Assembly (NCBI GenBank): GCA_951406725.2
Contig: OX597833.1
Coordinates: 45,322,001-45,386,000, forward strand
Length of the DNA stretch: 64,000 nt
Reading direction: 5' to 3'
Origin: Octopus vulgaris
Lineage: Eukaryota
Of the stretch, positions 12,310-25,484 are shown in pieces. How positions within the stretch are numbered: the stretch's first letter is position 1; each line of letters starts with the position of its first letter. Both the position numbers and the translations under genes were made by a program. Under the pieces are notes generated by a model. It did not search any database and was not told the DNA's origin. It was given only the letters and a program-made list of their open reading frames with translations.

Positions 12310-13480
12310 ATTATTCTATGAATCCACGTTCAGATTCGATATCTGCTTCAGTGTGGGACAGGAATTGTTGACATGCCTGCACTAAGTGGTCTTATTTCGA
12401 ACATTACTGGAACAACGGCAGCCTTCAATGAAGCTGTGGTGATGTGAGGATGTCGATTAGTTTCCCTTTCAAAATCGCCCCTAATGTAGCTGTCCATAGG
12501 ATTTAAATTTGGCGAGTTTGAAGGCGTCAAGTTTGATGTTACGTCATCGCAAAGATTGTCTGACGTCCATTCTTGAGTTACGTGGCCTTCCGCTATGTAC
12601 TTCATCCATCCACGGCTTAAGTGTTTCCAGCACCTCAGCGTATCCAACAGCATTAATTCTAATACTATGTAGAGAAATGTGAAGTAGCATGGCACGACCT
12701 TCATTACTCATCACTTCTAAAACTATCGCAGTTGCTGGAAGCTTAGTATGCGTCACTCTGGGGATATCAAAAGCACTCGCACATAACTATCTATTATTTC
12801 TTTATGTTGAGTTTTGGTCTTGATCGAAGATTTTCTCACCAGAAAAGAACCAAAGCATGCATTGCTCGTGGGAGTTCTTAACCTTGTTAAGTAACCGCTT
12901 TGCAAACTTAAATTGACCATATCTTAAGCACACAGAACGGATCTTTTCGGTTTGAACGGCAGTTTTTAACATAATTTCTAGGTAACTAAAAAATTTTAAA
13001 CTTCGTATACTGGTTGAATGTGTTTATAAAACATCTTTTTCTCTTGGCTTTATTGAGAAAATTCTATAGTTTGTAAGATATTTGTTGTTTTTTTCTTCAA
13101 TTTCTGCAATTTCAACCAATCACTGATGTCTATTGAGGTAAAAAAACATTCTGTGCCGTATGAATATGTCCCTCGTTTAAGAAACAGATTGGGTTTATTT
13201 GCATTTCTGAAGAAAAAAAGATACCCTTCCCCCCAACCCTAACCCTAACCCTAAAACAGATTGAAATGCAATAGATCGATACTAGGGTCATAATTATGGG
13301 TGAAATTTCATATGACATTGCTAGAAAAAACTGCTGTTCAAACCGAAAAGATCCCACAGAACTTGTATTTACAGTTCCGGTTGTCCATCTAACACCTGAA
13401 GTTGGTGATGACCCTCATTAATTTTCCGGGATAGTTATCGATAATGTTTTGAACCTGTTGGATGAATTGCGGTGCCTTTA
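12310..13480 (-). pseudogene. Degenerate Tc1/mariner (maT/DD37D-like) transposase
   Basis: Fragments LWFFSGEKIFDQDQ, TKLPATAIVLEVMSNEG, PWMDEV and SPNLNPMDSY..ERETNRHPH..ASLKAAV, with multiple frameshifts. Interrupted by the MITE at 12939-13354. Confidence 0.7.
12939..13354. mobile_element. Merlin-like MITE, third copy
   Basis: Same TIRs, 8-bp TSD CACAGAAC (12931-12938, 13355-13362), internal CCCTAA repeats. Confidence 0.88.
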
Positions 13481-14992
13481 TAGTATCCGTACGTTTAGTA
13501 TACAGTTGAAACATTCCCACCGGATGAAGGCAATTCTATCCAAACTTTGTGTACTAAAAAATCTTACAACATTTAGAAAGTCGGCAGTTTCTTAATCGCT
13601 GATTTCCGTACATATGGGAACAACGACTGCATCTTTTTACATTTTTTCTTTTAGTATCTGCTTTTTGAAGGCACATGGCTCAGTGGTTAGAGATAGTGAG
13701 TTCGATTCCCGGACCGAGCTGTGTGTTGTGTTCTTGAGCAAGACACTTAATTTCACATTGCTCCAATTAGCTGTAGAAATGAGTTGCCATATCACTGGTG
13801 GCAGGCTGTATCTTCCCTTAGATAACATCTCTGACGTGGAAAGAGGAGGTTGGTATGCATGGGCGACTGCTAGTCTTCCACAAACAAATCATATGGCCAT
13901 TCATGACCGAAGGGAGTCTTTACCTTTATCTGTTATAGGGGATCTGAAATTAAAGCCTATTAATTTGGCTTGAAGAGGGCAATAACCTGATAATGAAGTG
14001 ACCTCAATTACTCCGGCGCACACTGTATAAAACTTTCAATGTTATGCAATAAATTATGTTGTTTACAAGACTACTTTTTCTTATCGTATTTGTATAGGAG
14101 TGAGGGGAAAGAATTGGGATATTGAACTAGTAAAGAGTGGAGTTGGATGGGAGAATATAGAAAAAAAGCGGTTAAGTAGTACTGTGCCAGATAAAACAAT
14201 GATATATCGCTGCTAGAGGAATTTCATTCAGTAGTGCAAACCAAATGCCGTTACTGTTGCGGTTGCTGTTAGTTGTGAATTATCCTTTCTATTATAGGCA
14301 CAAGACTTGAAATTTTGGGGAGATGGCTAGTCTGTTATATCGACTCCATTGTTCAACTGGTACTTATTTCATTGACCTCGAAGGGATGAAAAGCAAAGTC
14401 GACCTAGGTGGCATTTGAACTCATAACGTGAAGACGGACAATACACTGCCAAGCATTTTGTCTGACGTGCCAATGATTCTGCCTGCTCGTCGCCTTTACA
14501 GCTGAGAATTATAACGATCTCAAGTGTCTTCTTATGTATGGGATGGTCACTCAATTCGCTGGAGATAGCATCCAAATCGCACTCATCTCACACTGCCGCA
14601 GTAAAAACGAGAAAGATATTGGATAATGTAGCCTTACATGTACAATCCCCACCACCAAATCATGGTGCCAAGGTCTTCTCTAGCCATCATTGATCTATCA
14701 TATCTTTATCTTTTACTTGTTTTAGATATATTAGGCTGCGGCCATGCTGGAGCACTGCCTTGAAGAATCCTAGTTGAACGAATCAACCCCAGGACTTATT
14801 TTTTTAAAGTCTGGAACGTATTGTATCGTTCTCTCTTGCTGAACCACTAGGTTATGGGGGCGTAAGCACAACAACACCGGTTGCTAAGAGGTGGTAGAGA
14901 ACAAACACAAACACGAAGACACACATATATTTATTTTATTTTATCTAGTCTCAGCTCACGAGCTGTGGCCATGCTGGGGCACCGCCATATAT

Positions 14993-15870
14993 ACAAGGTT
15001 GGCCAAAAGTCACCTGATAGTAAATTTCAAAATGGAAAAGTGTGAGCAAGAGAAATAATATTCTTAAAATTATAAACCTGGAAAAGCACAGGACAAGTTA
15101 TTACACTTGGAAACGTTCAGGACAACTTATGAAGTACAGAACAAGAAAATTTTTACTTAAAATATTGCAGCTAAGGATAAAATTTCAAATAAAATATTTA
15201 GATTTAGAAAATATTAGCTTTTATTAAAACTAAACATTTTATTACAAGTTATTCTATTTGTTACTACTTATTACTTCTATTAAAAATTTTAAAAAATGAC
15301 TCAATTAAAATAATTTTTGTATTTAAAAAAAATTCGTTTTTTAATTATTAATTAATGATTAGAAATTTGAAAATAGGTTATAAAAAATAATAGTAGTACA
15401 TAATTAGTCCAATAAATAGAATAATACAAAAATTAGTTTTATGTTACAGTAAAATCTACCTATAACAATAAATTTACCGTAAGATTTGCTTGAGTTATTG
15501 CCAAGTCTTTACATTTTTAGTCTTGACCCAATGTCTATTTTTTACATAATGAATTTGCCGACCATATATACTATTCTACTTTGCATAAAACTTTAGCTAT
15601 ATTGGTAATTCTGGCTCTCATTTTAAAAGTATTCTAGTGTGTCAATATTTTAACAAAATGACCATACCTTTTTTTTTTTGTTTTTGAAAATTACAATGTT
15701 ACTTTGTAAATTAAAATCAAATAATTTTTAATATTCAGATCTTATCCTTAGCTGCAAGATTTTAAGTAAAAATTTTCTTGTTCTGAACTTTTCCAAGTGT
15801 AATAACTTTTCTTGTACTTTTCCAGGTTTATAATCTTAAGAATATTATTTCTCATGCTCTCATTTTCCCA
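14993..15870. mobile_element. Tc1/mariner-type MITE with long inverted arms
   Basis: Begins TA-CAAGGTTGGCCAAAAGTCACC. About 15045-15180 is inverted at about 15742-15859; the right terminus is missing. Confidence 0.6.
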
Positions 15871-17377
15871 TGTAATCCATGCTTTTTCCAGGCTATGCTA
15901 TTATGCTAATTAATAATGTATCAACTAATAATTTTAGATTTTACCATATTGAAAATTGAATAATAAATTTAATAAATCTCTAAATAATATTTCAATTTTT
16001 AATATAGATGACGTAATTAAACTAATTACAAATTAGTGGTGTCGTTGATAATTTTTTCCTTACCTCAATGATGCCGGTGACATATCTTAAAAGTCCCCTT
16101 ATAGAACTATATTCATAAAAAAGTATAGAACTATATTCTCACCTTCAAATTTGAGAAACACTCATAACTTTTTTCTTTTAAAACTTCATTACATGAGATT
16201 GATACCATGAAATTCCTCGAATTGAGTTCTATCATTTTAGCTTAATTAAAATATAGATTGTTTTTAAAATAAAAAAAGTTAATTATATTTAAATTCAGTT
16301 TTTTACCTTATATATTTTTTCATGATATTTTACCTCACAACTTTTTTTATACAAATTTTTGTTGCATGGAACCAGAACTATGAAATTCTTCACACTTTCT
16401 TGTATCATTGAAGCCAAGATAAATATATTTTGCTTTTAAAATAAAAGAGTTATTTAGATCTAAACTTGACTGGAGGCGTTACTTACTCTCCTATAATGTC
16501 GCTACAAATTTTGATGTAAACTTTTTCTACTGGACCAAATCTGAATTATTTATGCCACACACACACACACACACACTTTCTCTGCCTTGGTTACTTACAG
16601 AACCTCTGTGGTGTGGTAACACGACCACACTCTACACGATCTACTCCCAAGCACAGCGTTCAATAACGGAATTAAGCGAGAATGTTATAACTTGGTGTGC
16701 ATGCACGACGGAGCTCAAACTCAATCTGTGCCAAGCGGCTTCACCTCATTTTAGCTACGTTACTGTAGCAACAGCCACGACACTTTTTGATAAGACCTCT
16801 TACGTACACATACAAGTTTAAAGGGGTTGTTGTGACTGGAACACCTTTTCCTTTCAGGTGGGATTTAATTTTTGGAAAGATCCTTGGCCGTAATGACCTC
16901 CGAGACGTATCTCTTTCCACTCACTCACTCACTCACACATTTTCTTTGCCACTGACGAAACCTTTGTGGTGTGATGAGACGACCACACTCTACACACTTT
17001 ACTTTCACTCTACAACAGAATTAAACAAGGACATTATAACGAACTTTAAGATCATACATGTTTAAAAGGATTGTCATGACTGGAATACATTTTTAATAAT
17101 AAGTCAACTCGATTATATTGACCCGAAGTAAACAAAGGCATGTTACATTGGCGCAAGCCTGGCTGCGTGGTTAAGAATCTCACTTTGCAATCACTTGATT
17201 TCAAGTTCAGTCCCACTGACTGGCTCTTTCGGCCAATAAGTGAATTTAGAAGACGGAAACTGTGTGGAAGCTTGTCGTATATATATAGTTGAAATTTATA
17301 GAAGAACAAAAGACGAAGGCAGGTGTATGAACAACAAGCAAGTGTATTAGTTTGACGCTCGGGAAAATGAAAAAGTA

Positions 17378-17413
17378 TTTTTACTTTTCGAGCCTAAGCT
17401 CTTCAGCAGAAAG
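17378..17413 (-). ncRNA. Degenerate minimal hammerhead motif in a PLE-type short element (about 17285-17465)
   Basis: Minus strand reads cttt-CTGCTGA-a-GAGC-ttag-GCTC-GAAA-ag-TA-aaa. Homologous to 59320-59354. Confidence 0.5.
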
Positions 17414-17578
17414 AAATAAAAGCAAATAAACAGAGACAATGAAAAAAACTTGTAGATTTCAGCGCGTGTCTGTGTGTGTATTCGTCCCCACTCCTCACCG
17501 CTTGATTAGTGGTTTTGATTTCTTTACGACCCCGTAACTAAGCAGTTCGGCAATGGAAGCCGATAGAATAAGTACCAG

Positions 17579-17853
17579 GAATTTGAACTCAGAACGTAAA
17601 GACAGACGAAATACCTATTTCTATTTCTTTTCTACTCACAAGGGGCCAAACACAGAGGGGACAAACAAGGACAGACAAACGGATTAAGTCGATTACATCT
17701 ACCCCAGTGCGTAACTGGTACTTAATTTATCGACCCCCGAAAGGATGAAAGGCAAAGTCGACCTCGGCGGAATTTGAACTCATAACGTAACGGCAGGCGA
17801 AATACCGCTAAGCATTTCGCCCGGCGTGCTAACTTTTCTGCCAGCTCACCGCC
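17579..17853 (-). mobile_element. SINE family B with partial tandem second unit
   Basis: Junction gacgaaatacctatttc near 17606. Confidence 0.85.
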
Positions 17854-20109
17854 ATATAATTATTAAATATAAAAAAATAAAGTTGTTTTTTTCCCCAACC
17901 ACTGGTGGAGCTATGGTGGGGCCGGTGAGGTGGGATGGGTTGGGAAACACTGGTTTAGAGCATCGATCACTCTTTCCCACTGTTCCCGGTTCTGGACTGT
18001 CTTTTCTGCTTTTCTCCGATTGGAGTTTTGCTTTTTCTGCCCTTCCGTCCGGATTTTGCTGTACCTTGTCATATGTTTCTCAGGGTGAAATCCTTCCCCT
18101 CCCATGACTTGTTGGTTTTCAATTGTCATCGATGCTTCTGTAACTTTGCTTTTTTCTAGGTAGGAGTGTTGGTTCTATGCAAACCCACTTTCACATCTGG
18201 GTTTGGACTTTGAGCTTTTCGAGCAGGGAGGATTGTGCTTTACTGACACAGATCTCAGTGTCCTTGAAGCATACAAGCAACCACACTTCAACAAGGACTG
18301 GGCATTGTGGTGGATACATGGTCCCTTAGCTTGTTAAAATAGCTGGCAAGTCTCACAGAATGATCAAGGGGTAGAATGCTTTTAATCATGGGTGTGCTTA
18401 GTCAGGATTTATTCGGGGATATAGAACAACAGCAGCAACAACAATAATTTGCTTATTAACTTAAATACCAGAGACATTTGGTTGCTAGGAAACCGTGTTT
18501 TGATGAAATATGATTTATTTGCTTTTGGCTAACCTGCATATTTCAGTCTTATCATTTATTTATCCAGTTTCAGTTCAGGCTTCACATTCATGTACATTGA
18601 CAAAGCCGCGATGTTGTTATAATTGACGTATCGCTCCGTCAGATATTGGTACCCCGTCAATGAAAACAGTGTTCTGAAAACTTTGTTTCGCGCGGCAAGA
18701 AAACCAGTAACAGAAGACAGGATTTGAACTCGGAAAGCAAAGAATCGTAACAGACAGCGCTATGTATTTCATCCAACACTCTAGTAATCCCATTAAATCC
18801 ACCTGTTTATAGACTGTTGTTTTATTTATTGATCCACTGCCGAAAGGTTGAATGGTAAAGTTGACCTCGGTGGGATCTGAATTTTGAGCGTAGAGAGCCG
18901 GAACAAATACTAAAATCTATTACAACTTACGTTCTAACAATTCTGCCGATTCGTTACCTTTGTTTGATATGTATATCAATTTCAAATCTTAGCACAAGGT
19001 CAGACATTTCGAGGTGGGGGTTAGTCGATTACATCGACCCCAGTGCACAAATAGTACTTATTTTAACGATCTTGAAAGATGAAAGGCAAAGCCGATCTCG
19101 GTGGAATTTGAACTCAGACCGTTAAAGTCGAATGAAATGCCGCTTAGCATTTTGTCCATTGAACACTGGGGTTGATGTAATTGACTTATCCCCTCCCTCG
19201 AAATTGCTGGCCTTGTGCCAAAATTTTAAATCAATAATGTAAATTTATCTATTATAAAACTTCAGAGTTTTATGTTAAGTCGAAGCTTCGATGTGATAAC
19301 ATCTTGTGAAGAAGATGAGAGATAAATAATCTCAGTGATATTAGCTAGGTCTATTATCACAATGTGTCTTTTCTCGATAGATAGATGAACTGAGTCAGTG
19401 TCAACTAAAGTGTTGTACTTTGAAGAAATATAGGACGGCAATAGTAGCAGCGGATTTAAATACATGGCTCAGTGGTTATAGCGTCGGGCTTACAATCGTG
19501 AGGTTCTGAGTTCAATTCCTGTGTTGTGTTCTTGAGAAAGACACTTTATTTCACGTTACTCCTGCTGGAAGTTATAAAACGTTAATTAAAGAAGAATATT
19601 CATGTGCAACACAATTTTTAAACCCTTTAACAAATGCGAATAAAACTAGACTATTTAGTTAGTCGTCGAGGGAGGCGAAAGGCTCATGGCATCTGAGAAT
19701 GAGGCGAATGATGCTCAATTTAAACAGGAATTTCAACCATGTTCCTTGGTCTGCTAACACATTTCCTTTATAGGATCCAGTTAGCTCAAGACATCATCAG
19801 GAGGAACCATGTTCGGTTTCGGCCCCTACTCCTCTACCGTTTTGACGTGGCGGGCCCCCCACCTTTCGGAGGTGTCTTCAGTTCTGGTGTTGGGTGCATG
19901 TCTTCTTTATAAGTCAGTGCCTGCAGAGAAAAACTGTTAATATGTCTAGACGCAAGTATAGCTGCATGCTTAAGAAGAGCGTTTTGTAACCATGTGGTTT
20001 CGGGTTCAAACTACCGTGCAGCACCTTAGGCAAGTATCTTTTACTACAGACCTGGGCAGACCAATGGTTTGTGATTGAATTTGATAGACTGGAAACTGTG
20101 AGGAAGTCC

Positions 20110-20695
20110 ACACACACGGTCATTCGGAATGCTCACAGCAGCCATATTCCTACCGCTCTATGTCAGGCTGGTGAGACCCATATTGGAGTACGGGATTCAA
20201 GCCTTTTCTCCTTATCTCCTCAAAGACATACATCATCTCGAAAGAGTCCAGAAGCTGGCTACCCGCATGGTTCTTGGTCTCAAGCATTTGTCTTATGAAG
20301 AAAGGCTGAAGACGCTCGACCTTTATTCTCTAGAAAAACGACGACGCCGTGGTGATCTCATTCTTGCTCACAACATCATAAGCGGAAAGTGTAACCTCTC
20401 GAAAGAGCTGTTCTTCACTCCTGCTCCAGAGCGTCAGCTGCGGGGTCACTCCGAAAAGCTCTATCTGCGACGATTTCATCTCAATCGAAGGAGAGGGGCT
20501 TTCTCTGTCCGGGTTGTGGATCCGTGGAATAAGCTGCCGGACGAGATGGTGAAGATGCCGATGACCGCTCGGTTCAAAGTCTCCCTTGACCTCAAATGGC
20601 CTGAACCCTTTACATAAACACCACCTTCTACATAACTCCATGTCCTCCTACATGGCCTTGCTTTTTGAGCCAAAAAATTAACTTAACTTAACTTA
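20110..20695 (+). mobile_element. CR1-clade LINE 3' fragment inserted in a family A SINE
   Basis: ORF 20129-20617 reads LYVRLVRPILEYG..ERVQKLATRMV..LSYEERL..LEKRRRRGDLI..RGH..FSVRVVDPWNKLP, with a (TTAAC)n tail. Confidence 0.9.
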
Positions 20696-21142
20696 ACACA
20701 CACACACACACATATGGGAGGCGGGCGTTTCTTTGTTTTCGTCCCCACATCGCTTGACAACCGGTGTTGATTTGTTTACGTCCTTGAAATTTAGCAGTTC
20801 GTCAAAAGAGACCGCTGGAATAAGTACTGAGCCGATTTCTACAGCTAAATTCTTCAAGAGCGGTGCCCCAACATGGCCACTGTCCAGTGACTGAAACGAG
20901 TAAAAGAATAGAACTGTTGGAATTCCAGAGTATTTTCGTTCTGAAGAAGAGGAGTACATACTGTGAGAAGTGTAAGACAGAGTATGGGTGGATGACAGGA
21001 TGAGAAAATAGACAGTTGGATCAGGTCGCCTGGCTGGGACAGATATTTATGTAGGTAGTTCAGAGGAGCAGAGGCCGTGCCGTTCCAGTCACAGTAGTAT
21101 GTGTGTGTGTGTGTGTGTATGTGTGCGTGTGTGCGTGTGTGC

Positions 21143-21191
<49 letters not shown>

Positions 21192-21302
21192 TGGGGTGAG
21201 CCCGCATCACATTTGCGAACCGGATGCGATGCGATTGAAGTATATTGGTGAGGGATTCTTTGCAATCAACCGGATGTCCTTCTTTTATGGATGCAGTCAA
21301 GG

Positions 21303-21369
<67 letters not shown>

Positions 21370-21572
21370 GTGTGTGAGGCTGCGGTAACACCATATTACA
21401 ATGGCTTTGAAATATTAAAAAAAACAAACTATAGTTCCCAAAGTGGGCGTAAAATTAATCCAGCAATGTGGGAAGAAGAGGGAAGTAACATTAACGATAT
21501 TTTGAATAAATTGTGAAATGAATCATTACCATTATATATATATACATACATATATATATATATATACATACG

Positions 21573-21630
<58 letters not shown>

Positions 21631-21635
21631 CATAC

Positions 21636-21666
<31 letters not shown>

Positions 21667-21695
21667 CATATATATACATATATATATATACATAC

Positions 21696-21726
<31 letters not shown>

Positions 21727-21732
21727 CATACA

Positions 21733-21764
<32 letters not shown>

Positions 21765-21791
21765 CATACACATATATATATATACATAATA

Positions 21792-21879
<88 letters not shown>

Positions 21880-22259
21880 TTTCATTATGTTAACATGTAT
21901 AGTTACATGCAAGCCATTGTTGTAAGTAACATACTTTATGTTAAGGTCAAGTACTGGAGTATTAATTAAGGAATGAATATAAAGCAATGAATTCCTAAAG
22001 TTTGGAATCTATTGAACTAAAAGTCAACAAATCAGTTTCGTACACATATACATACATACATACATACATACATGAGACAATGCAAATCCTTAATTCGTAT
22101 GCTAGAGATGATCACGATACCCGGGGCTATAAAAATCTGCAAGACCTTCTTAAGATTTAAAGGATAGTGGTTTTTAGAAGATACTTTCTTTCACAGCCTT
22201 AGTACCAAGTAGTTGGTTGGTCAAAGTTTATTCTAAATTAAAAGGAGAAAGAGAACGAA

Positions 22260-22660
22260 GGCATTACGCATGTGATTAGCAGCTGTCCTAAAATGTCGTC
22301 ACGGTACTACCTCCCTATGCGGCACGATGTTGTTGCTAAAACAATTTACGATGCCATCCGCAAAAAAGACTGTCTTGAAATAAACTTAGAAAATCCACCT
22401 GTTATAGAATACATTCGTAAACACCAACTCAAGGAATATTGGTGGAATATTCCCATTAAAACTTCTGTCAAATGTAAGCATAACATGCCGGATATTGTTA
22501 TTTGGGACAGAGGGGCAAAGGTATGTACCATCATAGAGGTCATCTGCCCTGCTGATATAAACATCTCTTTGAAAATCAAAGAAAAAGAGGATATCTATGG
22601 ACAACTGCTTCGAAACCTCCAGCTTCTATATCCAAACTATGAATTCGTATTCATACCAAG
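22260..22660 (+). mobile_element. R4/Dong-type (RLE) LINE endonuclease fragment
   Basis: HVISSC..RHDVVAK..WWN..KHNMPDIVIWD..IIEV..P..K..KEDIY contains the RHD and PD-x-E restriction-like endonuclease motifs. Confidence 0.85.
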
Positions 22661-22789
22661 AAGCTTAATCAATGTTGTTATCGTGCAATGCCTGTGCAAG
22701 AAGATTTTTTTTTTAAGTGAAGAAAGGCTGTGCACTGAGTCAATCCCACTCACTAAGCAACAGCAGCCATAATCCGAAAAGAAGAACAA

Positions 22790-23157
22790 GTCAACATCAT
22801 CGGTAACCACTGAGCCGCAGGTTTTATGTCGGAGTTATCCCAGTTACTTGAGTTACCCTCTCCTAGAAGGATACCCTAACAAAGGCTAGGAGTCCTTCAC
22901 TCCCAATGGTTTAACCGCGCGATCGGGTATTCAGTCCGATTATTTCTATGTCCCCGCGCATGATACAGCCTTAAGACATTTATTGGATGGCTGTTGACTC
23001 TCAAGAGTTCCTCCGCCCTTTGACGAATTTTGTTTTTCATCTCGCAGGGTGTCCAATAAACGCCCTCCTCACCAAGCAAGCTTGGTGGGGTTGCCGGTTT
23101 AGTCGCCGACGACCCGACCATGCAACAGGTTGTACTGGGTTACATGTTACCAGTAAC
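22790..23157 (-). mobile_element. Probable RTE-type LINE 5' UTR fragment
   Basis: GC-richer segment with hairpin ccaccaagcttgcttggtg and a ctaggagagggtaactc..aaacc motif reminiscent of RTE 5' UTRs. Recognised from memory, not aligned. Confidence 0.4.
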
Positions 23158-24325
23158 ACATACATACATACATACATACATACATACATACATACATACA
23201 TACATACATACATACATACAATTATTATCCTGTTGACGTCTTAATTCCAACTGGGGCTGGAAAGTGGCTCCTTATTGGTGAGAAATTTCAAAGAAACGTA
23301 AAACCAGAAAAAACCCCCACATACGCACGCATGCACGCGCTCACGGACCCCGCCCCCACACATACACACACACAAACAGTTGCGTACATCTGAGATAAGA
23401 AATATTTCTGCTTTATGTAACTAATGAAAGTCACAATCTGGTTTGATGAAATAAAATATATGAATATACACCCGCACCACCACCACCACCACCCGCACCA
23501 CCACCACCACCACCACCACCACCACCACAATCAGCACCACCTCCACCCCCACCATATCATATTTATGTATTTATTTATTTATTTATTTATTATTTTGAAA
23601 CGAGATATTACGTGTGAATGTTCCGCCTACCCGCCGCCTACTCGCCCCCGCAATGTAAACTTAAAAAAAAGAAAAAAATAATGTCACACATGCATATAAT
23701 AAAAGAGTACATTCCCAAGCTAAGACATAACCAGTTGTTTACAGAGTAAATCCCAGGATTTTCAGGGTATATACACAGGTGTCATGCACTGAAGAGGGTA
23801 GTAAAGAAAAGTTGCGCCGCCTATGCTTGCAAGAAGTACTCTTTCAGTACAGTTTCTGGCGATTCGTTTACAGCTGACGCAAATATTCATCGAATTATTG
23901 CTATAAACTTTGATCGAACTTACTTTTTCATTAAAGGTATTCTTGCTGTGGTTATTGCGGTTTTTATCTTTTGTTCCAGGTACGGTGATTCTATGTACAG
24001 TAGCAGAATTAGCGTGGTGATGGAGGGAGGAGTTGTTCGCTCTGGTCGACACTTTTATGGAAGCGGCAATTTGGGGTCTGCTGTATAAGCCTGCATAGGC
24101 TCGGGAGCCCGAGGGCCCAAGGGCCCGGGGCGGGGAAGCGTTAAACTTTTGGGCAAGGGTTCCCAACCATTTTGCTTTTTTAATTATGGACCCCTTTTGA
24201 TTACTGTTTTATTCTGGTGGACTCCCATAGCCATTCGACAAGTTTTATAGTAACTTCTTTCAAATTTTCCATTTTGTTTTTCACATCATTAACTTGTGAA
24301 GGTTGAACTATGTAAAATGTTAGAG

Positions 24326-24853
24326 AAAGAATAAGTACTAGGCTTACAAAGAATAATTCCTGGGGTCGATTTGCTCGACTAAAAGACGGTGCTCCAGCAT
24401 GGCCGCAGTCAAATGACTGAAACAAGTAAAAGAAAAGAATAAAAGAATATGAGTGGCTGTGTGGTAAGTAGCTTGCTAACCAACCACATGGTTCTGGGTT
24501 CAGTCCCACTGCGTGGCATCTTGGGCAAGTGTCTTCTGCTATAGCCCCGGGCCGACCAATGCCTTGTGAGTGGATTTGGTAGACGGAAACTGAAAGAAGC
24601 CTGTCGTATATATGTATATATATATATGTATGTGTGTGTGTGTTTGTGTGTCTGTGTTTGTCCCCCTAGCATTGCTTGACAACCGATGCTGGTGTGTTTA
24701 CGTCCCCGTCACTTAGCGGTTCGGCAAAAGAGACCGATAGAATAAGTACTGGGCTTACAAAGAATAAGTCCCGGGGTCGATTTGCTCGACTAAAGGCGGT
24801 GCTCCAGCATGGCCGCAGTCAAATGACTGAAACAAGTGAAAGAGAAAGAGAAA

Positions 24854-24855
<2 letters not shown>
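24326..24855 (+). mobile_element. SINE family A: 3' fragment plus a near-full copy in tandem
   Basis: The tail is present twice (24326-24445 and about 24738-24855). Confidence 0.88.
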
Positions 24856-24894
<39 letters not shown>

Positions 24895-24960
24895 TACTTA
24901 TGTTCGTACACACAAACACACACGCACACATACACGATTAAGTTAGGCAGCTGTTTAGCT

Positions 24961-25235
24961 ATGTATTACTAAAAAGGGAAACTATAATTGTCATTAAATA
25001 TGAGAAGAGGGTGTTAGAACACCTACAATGCTGGAAATAAGAGCTAAAGTGCTCAGATGCTGAAGTCAACGCACCATACGTATTGACAGCGACCGTAAAT
25101 GTCTGAAAGTCACAGTCGTAATATCCCTGGACCGTCGACGGTTTCGGCTTTAAGACCAAATCACTCAAGCATAATAGGTGTTCTAACACCCTCTGTTATA
25201 TTTAGTGACAATCATAGTTTCCTTCTTTGATACAT
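24961..25235 (-). mobile_element. PLE-type pLTR fragment with partial hammerhead and inverted copy of its own 3' end
   Basis: 24961-25025 is inverted at 25175-25235. The minus strand contains GAAA-ccgtcgacgg-TC-caggg. Confidence 0.65.
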
Positions 25236-25283
25236 TGCATACATACATACATACATACATACATACATACATACATACATACA

Positions 25284-25314
<31 letters not shown>

Positions 25315-25432
25315 GCCTAATTTAATAATTTCTATATACGCATTAGAGATTCACTAAATCAGCCATATATTTCTATGGAGTAGACATGAATATTGCGGAC
25401 GATCTTGTCCGGAAACTGGCGAGTTGTGCCGA

Positions 25433-25484
25433 CCCTGCTGATGAGTGATTCGGTCTTAAAGTCAAAACCGTCGACGGTCCAGGG
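25433..25484 (+). ncRNA. Type I hammerhead ribozyme (G12>A) in a PLE-type element (about 25330-25622)
   Basis: CCCTG-CTGATGA-stem II-aAAA-CCGTCGACGG-TC-CAGGG. Stem I is 5 bp, stem III is the palindrome ACCGTCGACGGT, and the GUC site ends at 25479. Confidence 0.75.

Noticed and set aside
16530-17100. ORFs 16552-16821 and 16787-17065 with similar peptides
   Set aside because: An old local tandem duplication of about 370 bp with no splice or domain support.
23800-23850. THAP domain start (KKSCAAYACKK)
   Set aside because: No initiating Met and none of the downstream FP, W or CxxHF motifs.
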